Counted from the first letter of the stretch, positions 51,122 to 59,683 are shown. The stretch: 64,000 bases of DNA from Clostridia bacterium (GCA_016937975.1 JAFGVN010000053.1:34-64033); one strand, 5' to 3'. Numbers and translations are program-made. Notes: generated by a model not told the origin, from the letters alone.

Positions 51122-52279
51122 CTACAATTCCTTTGCGATTTTCAACAAATTTTTATAGAATTTTGTTGATTTCCCTTTATGATCTAAAGCCAAAGCATGT
51201 CCTCTATTAACAGACATCCTAATAGGCTTTATTTCTTCTAGTAAATAGGCATAAGCTGGCTGTTCAAATACCTTCTCAATATCTTTTTTAGATACACCAA
51301 ATTTCTCATTGCCTAGATTAATGATCACTTTAACTTTTTCATCATCATAATTTAAAGATTTCATAACCCCTAGTCCTAATTTCGAATTCTTAATGGAGGT
51401 CATTTCCATAGAGGATACAAAGAATATCAAATCTGAATGGTCTAAAGTGAATAAAGTATGTTCTTCAAAATTTACACCCGTATCCACAATAATGTAATCA
51501 TACTGTTCTGATGCCATTTCAAAAATCTTTTTAATGACATCCTTTGAAATATATTCTGCACCTTCAGGAGAAAGTGGTGCAAAAAGAATATCCAGATTCG
51601 TACAATAATTGTGTAGATAACCTTTCATATTCTCATAATCATCCACAGCATCATCCACAAAATCCAAAATCGTCTTTTCCATATGCTTATTGGTCAACAA
51701 GGAAATATCACCAAAATGCAAATCAAGATCCACAAGAAGGACTTTTTTATTAAGCTTGTTTGCTAAAATTACACTTAAATTTAAAGCGATAACGGATTTA
51801 CCTACGCCACCTTTGAAAGAATATAAACTCACAAGTTTGGTCTCTTTCTTTTCAACATTAACTTTAAGTTTTCGAATATCCTTATTGCGATCAAAAGTCT
51901 TCTGAATTAAATCTGTAACTTCTTCATGATTGATGGGTTTTAAAATATAACCCTTTGCACCAGCTGACATGGCAGTTTTTAAATATTCTGCATCACTTTG
52001 TACTGACATAATAATAACGTCTGTCATTGGATACATACTGGATATTTGCTCTGTCGCTTCCAATCCATTAAGAATTGGCATATTGATATCCATTAAAATA
52101 ATATCTGGTTTTAATTTCCCACACAATTTTATGACTTCTTGACCATCACCTGCTTCACCAACGATTTCAAAATGTTCGTGATCTAGGGTTAAGACTTGTT
52201 TTAAAAGGCTTCTCGTTTCTTCAATGTCGTCTGCAATTACTATTCTAATTTTGTTCAATGATCTCACCTCGGTCCTCAA
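51122..52279 (-). CDS. tadZ: Response-regulator receiver fused to a TadZ/CpaE-type (ParA/MinD-like) ATPase
   Basis: About 380 aa. The REC domain has all canonical residues (ADD, LMDINMP, MSVQ, ILKP). It is followed by the deviant Walker A FKGGVGKS. The start is uncertain: TTG 52279, GTG 52267, or TTG 52258 after GAGGTG. Confidence 0.85.
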   Translation of the reverse strand: MRTEVRSLNKIRIVIADDIEETRSLLKQVLTLDHEHFEIVGEAGDGQEVIKLCGKLKPDIILMDINMPILNGLEATEQISSMYPMTDVIIMSVQSDAEYLKTAMSAGAKGYILKPINHEEVTDLIQKTFDRNKDIRKLKVNVEKKETKLVSLYSFKGGVGKSVIALNLSVILANKLNKKVLLVDLDLHFGDISLLTNKHMEKTILDFVDDAVDDYENMKGYLHNYCTNLDILFAPLSPEGAEYISKDVIKKIFEMASEQYDYIIVDTGVNFEEHTLFTLDHSDLIFFVSSMEMTSIKNSKLGLGVMKSLNYDDEKVKVIINLGNEKFGVSKKDIEKVFEQPAYAYLLEEIKPIRMSVNRGHALALDHKGKSTKFYKNLLKIAKEL

Positions 52280-53273
52280 TCACTGGAATCTTAAGTCCCA
52301 TGCCAGCACTGATAATATCTTCATCTTCTATATTGTTCACTTGTTTTAAGAGTAAATAATATTCTTCTGTGCCATAAAACAACATGCTGATTTCTTTTAA
52401 TGTATCGCCATACTCTACAGTGTAATAAATGTATTTATCATATTGTACTGCATCAGCCTTGACAATTACTTCTCCTACTGAATTCACTTCATAATTCGGG
52501 AACATGTCTTTCAAACGATCATAATCATCAATTAAAAGTTCTTGCCAAATGATACCTTCACTGGCATAAATGAAATCTCCTTCAAGAGGTCTAAGGACCA
52601 AATCCAATGCACCAATATCTTTTGCAAGAATTAGCATTTCAACATCTTGAACTGGTACTGCAAGTGTAGCAATATACATTTTTTGACTGCTGTTATCCAC
52701 ATTGGCTTCATCGATAACAGTATCTTCTTCTGATGTTAAATCCTGATCAATGGCGAGCACTTCAACATTTTGCAAAAGCATTTTAGCTATATCAGGTCTA
52801 ATAACAATCTGACTTTCCTTTATTTCAGGTAAATACACAATAATATCAACACGATCTCCTGGTTTAATTAAATTAGCAACACCATTTTGGCCAGAGACAC
52901 TAATGGATACCGCCCTCATATTTCCTGATATTTTTAAGCTCAGCTCTTCTTCCAAGGCAAAATCTAAATTTGACTTATGAAATTGTGAACCTTCATAAAT
53001 TTTAGTTACTACATATTGACCTACAACATCTTCTTTACGTTGATAAAATTGAGTGACTTCAGGTTCATATGTGACTTCAAGTTCCTCAACCATATCCTCA
53101 GTAATTTTTGTTCTTGCAGCAATATCTCTCGATGCAACAATAATGGTGAAGGTTTCAGCTTCTATCACAGGTCGATCATCCAGACTTTTTAGATAGACAT
53201 AAACGCCACCACTTGATAACATTGCAAAAAATATGGCTAAAATAAATAATCTTCTTCTCAATTTTTTCATCAT
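52245..53273 (-). CDS. cpaB: Flp pilus assembly protein CpaB/RcpC with a C-terminal LysM domain
   Basis: 342 aa. N-terminal TM, SAF/CpaB-like core, then a LysM-like segment YYTVEYGDTLKEISMLFYG...AGMGLKIP (aa ~283-331). Confidence 0.8.
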   Translation of the reverse strand: MMKKLRRRLFILAIFFAMLSSGGVYVYLKSLDDRPVIEAETFTIIVASRDIAARTKITEDMVEELEVTYEPEVTQFYQRKEDVVGQYVVTKIYEGSQFHKSNLDFALEEELSLKISGNMRAVSISVSGQNGVANLIKPGDRVDIIVYLPEIKESQIVIRPDIAKMLLQNVEVLAIDQDLTSEEDTVIDEANVDNSSQKMYIATLAVPVQDVEMLILAKDIGALDLVLRPLEGDFIYASEGIIWQELLIDDYDRLKDMFPNYEVNSVGEVIVKADAVQYDKYIYYTVEYGDTLKEISMLFYGTEEYYLLLKQVNNIEDEDIISAGMGLKIPVIEDRGEIIEQN

Positions 53274-53279
53274 GCACCT

Positions 53280-54185
53280 CTAATTCACCAATTTCATTCC
53301 AAAAGTTCCTGTGTTATCAATGGTTTGATCTATTTCACCATTGGTGACATATTGAATGAATCGTCCAACTAATTCCCCTTTTCCTGCTTTTTTATCCACA
53401 CGTTCAATGAAAAACTGACCAAATCCTACCACGAGAACGACATCACGGCCATCAACCTCCAAACTGTCCACAAGAGGGATGGTCCAAATACGATCTGTGC
53501 CTCTTTCCATGGTCTCAAATGTATCTGTAAAGCTGGATATATAACATTTTAATGGAGGAATAATACTGGCCATATTTCCAGGTTCAGTTGAAATATAATC
53601 CCCGATTTTTACCACACCATCATAACCATACAAGGCATTATCCAACAAAACACTTGTACCTGTTCCACCTAGAGCTACAGCACCAAAGTTCCCGTGATAA
53701 CTATCACCAGCACCTTCTTTTAAAATCACAGTATCACCAAACTGGTAATCGAACTTTGTCACTGCAAACGGTCTTAAACCACCTTTCGCTGAAGAGGCAT
53801 ATCCCAATTCAATACGACTGGCACTGTCCACATTGGCTGTAGTAAATCCTATAATCTTCGCGAAAAATAAATCTACATCCCTATTGCCTGTTATTTGTGC
53901 CCCCATATTGTCCAGGTCAATTTCTATGACAACATCTTCAACATTTACACCGTTTTCAACAAGATACAGTTCCATAATACTTCTTGCTAAATCCGGTCTG
54001 CCTGGAAGTTCCTGTCCACCTGCAAGGATGGCTGCATCAAGGGCTTTTGAAAGTTTTGCTTGCTCTGCGTACACCACACCAATGTCAACAACAGTAGCAA
54101 TGATGCCCATAATGGCAAACATCATTAAGGTGACTAAAATAATCACGTTTCCTTCTTGCCTTTTCAATCTCATCATAGCTTTCAC
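53280..54185 (-). CDS. tadG: TadG-like pilus assembly protein / pseudopilin (Tad N-terminal domain)
   Basis: 301 aa. N-terminal RQEGNVIILVTLMMFAIMGIIATVVDIG is typical of the TadE/G-like N-terminal domain. Confidence 0.7.
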   Translation of the reverse strand: MKAMMRLKRQEGNVIILVTLMMFAIMGIIATVVDIGVVYAEQAKLSKALDAAILAGGQELPGRPDLARSIMELYLVENGVNVEDVVIEIDLDNMGAQITGNRDVDLFFAKIIGFTTANVDSASRIELGYASSAKGGLRPFAVTKFDYQFGDTVILKEGAGDSYHGNFGAVALGGTGTSVLLDNALYGYDGVVKIGDYISTEPGNMASIIPPLKCYISSFTDTFETMERGTDRIWTIPLVDSLEVDGRDVVLVVGFGQFFIERVDKKAGKGELVGRFIQYVTNGEIDQTIDNTGTFGMKLVN

Positions 54186-54187
54186 TC

Positions 54188-54571
54188 CTATTCCACACGC
54201 ATAACCGTTTCAGCTTCCAAATTGACAAATGGACTTAAAATGTTTGAAATAATCGGTGTAATTAATTGATAATCATAAGTTACGGTTACACTGACCATAT
54301 CGCCTCTACTTCTTGAGCTTGGTGTTACATTCACTGTTATGTTATTTAAGTTTAAATGATCGGATACGGTATCTACTCGTATTTCAATTGCAGCATCATT
54401 CTCACCTAAGGATCCTAATCTTGCCCCTTCTCTTGAAGCACTTGAGATGGTCAAGTAGGCATTAAACATAAATCCAAATTCGATGATGCCCATTACAAAG
54501 ATTAATAACAACGGTATCACCAACGCAAATTCCACTATGGATTGTCCCCTTTGCTTTTCTTTTTTATGCAT
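54188..54571 (-). CDS. tadE: TadE-like pseudopilin
   Basis: 127 aa. N-terminal GQSIVEFALVIPLLLIFVMGIIEFG is a TadE signature. Confidence 0.8.
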   Translation of the reverse strand: MHKKEKQRGQSIVEFALVIPLLLIFVMGIIEFGFMFNAYLTISSASREGARLGSLGENDAAIEIRVDTVSDHLNLNNITVNVTPSSRSRGDMVSVTVTYDYQLITPIISNILSPFVNLEAETVMRVE

Positions 54572-54604
54572 CTCATCACTTCTCTTTCACCCTCTTATAA
54601 AACT

Positions 54605-54638
54605 TAAAAAGCTCTAATCATCCTAAAATGATTAGAGC
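54605..54638 (-). terminator. Terminator/attenuator immediately after flp
   Basis: Hairpin GCTCTAATCAT-TTTAGG-ATGATTAGAGC plus TTTTT. Lies between flp and tadE. Confidence 0.8.
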
Positions 54639-54651
54639 CTTTAGCATGTTA

Positions 54652-54825
54652 TTATAAGTTATCAATAATTTCTTGGAATTTTGCAGCAATTGCTGGACCT
54701 AAGTTCAAAAGTACTATGATTACTACAATGGCGATTAAACCAATTAATAGTGCATATTCTACCATACCTTGACCTTCTTCATTCTTTTGTAATCCTGCAA
54801 AATAACTATACATCATCATTAACAT
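54652..54825 (-). CDS. flp: Flp-family type IVb pilin
   Basis: 57 aa from ATG 54825 (after GAGGAGG). Flp motif EEG|QGMVEYALLIGLIAIVVI places Glu at +5 and Tyr at +6 after the predicted cleavage site. Confidence 0.88.
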   Translation of the reverse strand: MLMMMYSYFAGLQKNEEGQGMVEYALLIGLIAIVVIIVLLNLGPAIAAKFQEIIDNL

Positions 54826-54961
54826 AATATGCCTCCTCACAATATTATTTTTTCAACATTCCTCAAGTTGTTAGTTGTTTATGTTGTTTATGGACTAATA
54901 ATAACCTATTTCAAAGTCCCTTTATAGAATCTTAGGTCCTTAAATAAAAAACTATAGTCCA

Positions 54962-54986
54962 TAAAAAAAGGGACCTTAGTCCCCTT
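54962..54986 (-). terminator. Intrinsic terminator after the response-regulator gene
   Basis: Hairpin AAGGGGAC-TAAG-GTCCCTT plus a 7-nt T-run. The RR stop codon sits in the loop. Confidence 0.7.
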
Positions 54987-55626
54987 TATAATGTTTTTCA
55001 ATATGATTTTGAACTGCAAGCACTGCAGCATGTACACGATCTTTCACATCAAGCTTCTTAAAAATACGCGTCAGATTGTTTTTTACGGTCTTTTCAGACA
55101 AATACAAGAGATCTGCAATTTCCTTATTAGAGTTCCCTTTAGAAACGTAATAAAGAATTTCCAACTCTCGATCACTTAATTCATCAAAGACAGTAGCTTC
55201 CTCTTTTTTATACTTCTGCCACATTAAATTCATTAAGGATTTATCTAAATATTTATTGCCAGCAAACACAGTATTGATGGCTTCCACAATTTCTGCTGTT
55301 GTAGATTCTTTTACCACATAACCATCAGCACCATTCTCTATGGCTGCATTAATAATATCCGCACCGCGTTCAATGGTCAACATAATGACTTTTACTTTAA
55401 TGGCATGTTCCTTGATGTACTTCAAAATTTCAATACCATCTTTTCCAGGCATACTCATATCCAATAATAAGACATCCGGTTTTAACAGCGTCACTTGATT
55501 TATAACGTCCTTGCCATCAACTGCTTCTGCAATGACTTTAATATTATCTTCAAAGTCCAAAACACGTTTAATACCTTCACGAATAATCTCATAATCGTCA
55601 GCAATCATTACTCTTATATTATTCAC
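54976..55626 (-). CDS. NarL/LuxR-family response regulator (DegU-like)
   Basis: 216 aa. REC domain (IADDYE, LLDMSMP) plus a LuxR HTH (LSDRELEILYYVSKGNSNKEIA). Confidence 0.92.
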   Translation of the reverse strand: MNNIRVMIADDYEIIREGIKRVLDFEDNIKVIAEAVDGKDVINQVTLLKPDVLLLDMSMPGKDGIEILKYIKEHAIKVKVIMLTIERGADIINAAIENGADGYVVKESTTAEIVEAINTVFAGNKYLDKSLMNLMWQKYKKEEATVFDELSDRELEILYYVSKGNSNKEIADLLYLSEKTVKNNLTRIFKKLDVKDRVHAAVLAVQNHIEKHYKGD

Positions 55627-56791
55627 TTAAGATCACCTCACGATTCAATGGTAGTTTTATACTAAATACCGAACCCGTTAATTCTGAGGATTCAATAAGA
55701 ATTTCTCCTTTAAGCTGCTCTACTCTTTCTATCATACCTAATAAACCATAGTTCTTTTTTTCTCTTTTAACTCTTATTAATGTTTCTTCGACATCAAAAC
55801 CTTTGCCATCATCACCAATGGTTATTCGCATGTACTTGGTACCATACTCTGTCTTAATATAAACATGATTTGCATTCGAGTGTTTCTTGATATTATTTAA
55901 AATCTCCTGAGAAATTCTAAAGACAGCTAATTGTATGATTTCTTCCAAGGCATCTGGTACTTTTGCCAATTTATAATCAATATGAATCTCTGACCCTTCG
56001 AAAACGGATGAAGTGTTCATTTCGATTGTTTTATTCAAACCGAGATCATCGAGTGACATAGGTCTTAAATTATAAATGATATCACGAACTTCCTTCAATG
56101 CAATTCTGGAGGCTTCTTTCAAGGTAGAAAGTTCTTTGAGACCTGCATCTAAATCCTTTCTAGCTATTTTCTCACATAAGTCTGCCTTCATGACGATATT
56201 GGCTACTCTTTGCGCTGGTCCATCATGAATATCTCTTGATATTCTTCTTCTCTCGTTTTCCTGAGCTTCCAAAATTCGTACACCCATCATCATATTCATC
56301 CCAAAGCCAGCTTCTTCCAAGGCGTCTAATATTTCACCTTTGAGATAACTGGCCGCAACAGAGACTTGATGAACCACTTGCTCTGCATTCTGAATGTTTT
56401 TTATGGCATTTTTTATGGCTATTTCAATACGATTTCTTTCATCCCTTAGGTTTTCTTCTTCCTTTTGAGCAATTTTCAATTCTATTCTTATTTCAGTAGC
56501 TTTATCATATGCTTTTTTTATCTCTGTTTCTGAATTCGATCTAAAATTTTTCGAAACTACAGCCAAGCTGTTTCTAGCAATCCGATCTTTTTTTTCCAAA
56601 TCATCCACTTTTGTAATGGCATTGTCTATTTTCCCTTGGACTTTTTCCAATTGTTCCTTCAACAATTCATGTTCTTTGCGCGCATCACTAACCAAGTCGA
56701 GAATTCTATCTCGGCTGTGATCGATGCTCTCTATAACATTATCGAATATCTTGTTGACACTAAGAATATCAATTTTTTCTGCTGCATTCAT
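55619..56791 (-). CDS. Cytoplasmic histidine kinase, DegS-like (HisKA_3 + HATPase)
   Basis: 390 aa from ATG 56791 (after GGGAGGTG). No TM segment. Coiled-coil N-terminal half, H-box RRISRDIHDGPAQ. 8-nt overlap with the RR gene. Confidence 0.88.
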   Translation of the reverse strand: MNAAEKIDILSVNKIFDNVIESIDHSRDRILDLVSDARKEHELLKEQLEKVQGKIDNAITKVDDLEKKDRIARNSLAVVSKNFRSNSETEIKKAYDKATEIRIELKIAQKEEENLRDERNRIEIAIKNAIKNIQNAEQVVHQVSVAASYLKGEILDALEEAGFGMNMMMGVRILEAQENERRRISRDIHDGPAQRVANIVMKADLCEKIARKDLDAGLKELSTLKEASRIALKEVRDIIYNLRPMSLDDLGLNKTIEMNTSSVFEGSEIHIDYKLAKVPDALEEIIQLAVFRISQEILNNIKKHSNANHVYIKTEYGTKYMRITIGDDGKGFDVEETLIRVKREKKNYGLLGMIERVEQLKGEILIESSELTGSVFSIKLPLNREVILSE

Positions 56792-56914
56792 GCCATCACC
56801 TCCCTTATATATACCCAAAACAAAAGAAGCAACACGAACATTATCATATTTTGTTCCTTCATACCTTACATTTCAATACACTTTCATCATTCTTTTCTAT
56901 CCTATTCATATGGC

Positions 56915-56955
56915 TACAAAAGAAATAGGAATAATCTAAAAAAGATTATTCCTAT
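56915..56955 (-). terminator. Intrinsic terminator after the ribonucleotide reductase gene
   Basis: 13-bp stem ATAGGAATAATCT-TTTTT-AGATTATTCCTAT followed by TTCTTTTG. Confidence 0.85.
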
Positions 56956-56983
56956 ACTATACAACTTCTACTTAAATTTTGGG

Positions 56984-59335
56984 TTACCTTACTGGACAAT
57001 TTCCAGATTCGCAGCCTTCGCTTCCGATATCAAATAAAACTTCTTCTTTTTCATATTTACTAATTAATGAAGGTCTAAAGGTTTTCATGCTTTCAACACG
57101 CTTTAAGTACTCTTCTTCATCAATTGCTTCATATGGTAATAACTCATAGAAACTATCATCTAAAGACAAGAATGATACAGCCATAACTTCATCCCAGTTT
57201 TCCCATACCCATTCTTCTACAGCGTCCCATTCATCATTTCTAACATGCACTGTAATTGAACAGTTGTGATCCACATAGTTTTCCATAAATAACTTATAGT
57301 TTTCCAATTGCTCCAAAGCAGTTACATCATACTTCGTTCTTCCCTCTGGTGCTTTTACTGGGAACTCAACAACTTTCGTTGAACAGGTTTCCCATTCTTG
57401 ACCAACTTCAGGATAAACTGGATATTCCAATTCTTCACATACTTTTACCAATGGATCGTCCGCACTGATACGAACACGTCTGATATAATATGGTGAGTGC
57501 GAGTAGTGTACACCACTTGATACCGTAGGTAATTGAGACAAAGTACCTTCAGGTTTTACTGTCGTCACAAGAATAGGAACATTTTGGCCTAATTCCATTG
57601 CATACATTTCAGCTTCTTTTTTAGCAACATCTCTTAAATGTTGTAATAAAATTGCCTGATCTGCTTTAGACATTTTTGTCGCATTAATCATATCTTGCCA
57701 TCCTGTTAAAGAACAACCGATTAACTTATCTCTTTGTTGAACAGCATCCCACATTGGTAATTCCAACTCAACACAAGTCATTCTATAGCCCGCTCTTGCT
57801 GATAAACGCTGAGCACGAAGTAAAGCTTTTTCATCTAATGTATTGTCTTCATTCACAAAAGCAAATACGTTTAAAGTTGTTAAATTACATAAACCTTTGT
57901 TATCTAAAAGAATTTCACCACAAGGGTTAACACCATTAAAGTTTGGACGTCTTTTGTTACCTGCTTCAGCATTAACCCATGCAGGTTCACCAGAATAACG
58001 CATACGTTCAATTTGCCAGTGTAATCTTTCTCTTGAAGGTTTCTCTGTATAGTAAATCGAGTTGTTCGACATTTGTCTATGAATAATATCCTTATCTACA
58101 ACCCATTGTCCATCTACTTGTTTGTATAAACCTGATTTAGCTTCAATTGCTTCGTTGTCATCTGCATCCAATAATAAGATTTCTGCTGTTCTTCTAACGC
58201 CACCTACAACAACATTCTCACCAATGATGTTTGCAATATCCAAACAATCAATTGGTCTTAATTTTATATGTTTGCCAGGATGTAATAAACTTGCTCTTTT
58301 GATTGTTCTATAAATCTTTTCGAACATATTTTTAAGGCTTGTATGGCCAGAAGCAGTGCCACCAAAAGTCTTAAGTTTCTCACCCTTTGGACGTACATGA
58401 TCATAATCAATAATGACTGTTGTAATATTTCTATACTCATTACTAGATACCACTTGCATAAATGTATCTAATGATTGTACCCAACCTTCTTTCGAGTCAC
58501 CAATCGTAATTTTAACTGTATGATTATAGAAGAACTCAACGCTAGTATTGTCTTCACGCTCATCTGGGTGCATTGCAGAGTAATCCTTGTGAATCACTTC
58601 AAAGTCTGTTCGGATTTTTGGAATCTTCTCAACATCACTTTTAAGAATTCGAACACCAACACCTGAACCAATCATTAACAAATAGAATACATCTCTAAAT
58701 GAGCTTATGCTGTCAATAATTTGGAACGAACAGTTGTAGTTTGCCATTGGATAATGTTTTGCAACTTCTGTGTTACCAACCCAGAAAGTTCTTCCTGATA
58801 AGAATTGTCTTAAGTGGAAAATATTATCGAAAAGTTCTTCCGCTTCACTTCTTGAAGCGTTTGTTAAACCGCAGTTGTATTCAACCGATCTTCTTACGGT
58901 TTCCCACCAGTGCTCTCTTCTTTTTTCTTCAGGTAACCATCTCGAATAAGTTCTGTAGTAAACAAAGTTTCCTAATTGTCTCATTGGTGATGGTAAATGC
59001 TTATATTTTGAAATAAATGCATCTGTCAGTAAACGATCATCTTTGTGACGTACTTCACGGGTTCTATCACGTTCACTTCTGTAAATGATGTACTGTTTTG
59101 CTACATCTTTACGACTACTTTTCATCAGTTCGATTTCTACAATGTCTTGAATTTCATCAATTGTTAAGTCATGAACTGCACCAACGATTTTCTCATCAAT
59201 ACTTGCTAAAACCGCTTCGCATTCTGCTTCATTAATACCCATCTCAGTTTCATACATTGCATTTTTGATGGCAGTCAAGATCTTGTTGTTATTATAATCA
59301 ACAACCTTGCCATCACGTTTAATAACTCTTGCCAT
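56984..59335 (-). CDS. nrdJ: Class II (adenosylcobalamin-dependent) ribonucleotide reductase with an N-terminal ATP-cone
   Basis: 783 aa. ATP-cone start VIKRDGKVVDYNNNKI. Thiyl-radical loop VNPCGEILL. C-terminal redox pair CESGNC. No glycyl-radical motif and no adjacent small-subunit gene. Confidence 0.78.
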   Translation of the reverse strand: MARVIKRDGKVVDYNNNKILTAIKNAMYETEMGINEAECEAVLASIDEKIVGAVHDLTIDEIQDIVEIELMKSSRKDVAKQYIIYRSERDRTREVRHKDDRLLTDAFISKYKHLPSPMRQLGNFVYYRTYSRWLPEEKRREHWWETVRRSVEYNCGLTNASRSEAEELFDNIFHLRQFLSGRTFWVGNTEVAKHYPMANYNCSFQIIDSISSFRDVFYLLMIGSGVGVRILKSDVEKIPKIRTDFEVIHKDYSAMHPDEREDNTSVEFFYNHTVKITIGDSKEGWVQSLDTFMQVVSSNEYRNITTVIIDYDHVRPKGEKLKTFGGTASGHTSLKNMFEKIYRTIKRASLLHPGKHIKLRPIDCLDIANIIGENVVVGGVRRTAEILLLDADDNEAIEAKSGLYKQVDGQWVVDKDIIHRQMSNNSIYYTEKPSRERLHWQIERMRYSGEPAWVNAEAGNKRRPNFNGVNPCGEILLDNKGLCNLTTLNVFAFVNEDNTLDEKALLRAQRLSARAGYRMTCVELELPMWDAVQQRDKLIGCSLTGWQDMINATKMSKADQAILLQHLRDVAKKEAEMYAMELGQNVPILVTTVKPEGTLSQLPTVSSGVHYSHSPYYIRRVRISADDPLVKVCEELEYPVYPEVGQEWETCSTKVVEFPVKAPEGRTKYDVTALEQLENYKLFMENYVDHNCSITVHVRNDEWDAVEEWVWENWDEVMAVSFLSLDDSFYELLPYEAIDEEEYLKRVESMKTFRPSLISKYEKEEVLFDIGSEGCESGNCPVR

Positions 59336-59405
59336 ATTGCCCCCTATTTATGTAACTATAACAAAGTACTCACGTACTATATATAAACTATATATAGCGA
59401 ATTAA

Positions 59406-59452
59406 TACCTATATGTAGTGTCGGCATATCCCTAACACACTATATATTGTAT
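59406..59452. promoter_or_regulatory. Tandem NrdR boxes overlapping the nrdJ promoter
   Basis: Box 1 is ACACTATATATTGTAT (59437-59452). Box 2 is TACCTATATGTAGTGT (59406-21). Both fit the remembered palindromic consensus acaCwAtATaTwGtgt. Centre-to-centre distance is 31 bp. A weaker third copy lies at 59385-59400. Confidence 0.7.
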
Positions 59453-59474
59453 CATCTATTCAATAGGTCGTAAA
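59446..59474 (-). promoter_or_regulatory. Candidate nrdJ promoter
   Basis: Minus strand: TTTACG (59474-59469), 17-nt spacer ending in TGA, TACAAT (59451-59446). The -10 lies inside NrdR box 1. Confidence 0.5.
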
Positions 59475-59683
59475 CAATTTTCAATCAGTTTTCGCCTCCA
59501 TATGGGCTCTAGGTCTAACGAAAAATGATGAACCCTAGATAGAATCAAGCTTAGGAATAAAATAAAATATGAAGAAAATTTTAAGGCAATAATTGCAATT
59601 ACCATTTAAAGTAATTAGTGGTAAATAAGAGAAAGCTAGTTTTCAAAATAGTATATTTTAATCTATTAATTTAAATAATTCAA

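Noticed and set aside
54908-54964. 18-codon minus-strand ORF (MDYSFLFKDLRFYKGTLK) upstream of flp as a second mini-pilin
   Set aside because: No RBS, no Flp G/xxxxEY motif and no hydrophobic helix.
56636-57037. 133-aa plus-strand ORF bridging the kinase 5' end, the spacer and the nrdJ 3' end
   Set aside because: It runs through the nrdJ terminator and both convergent/divergent gene ends. It has no RBS, and its composition (F/I/Y/N-rich) matches translated AT-rich non-coding DNA.
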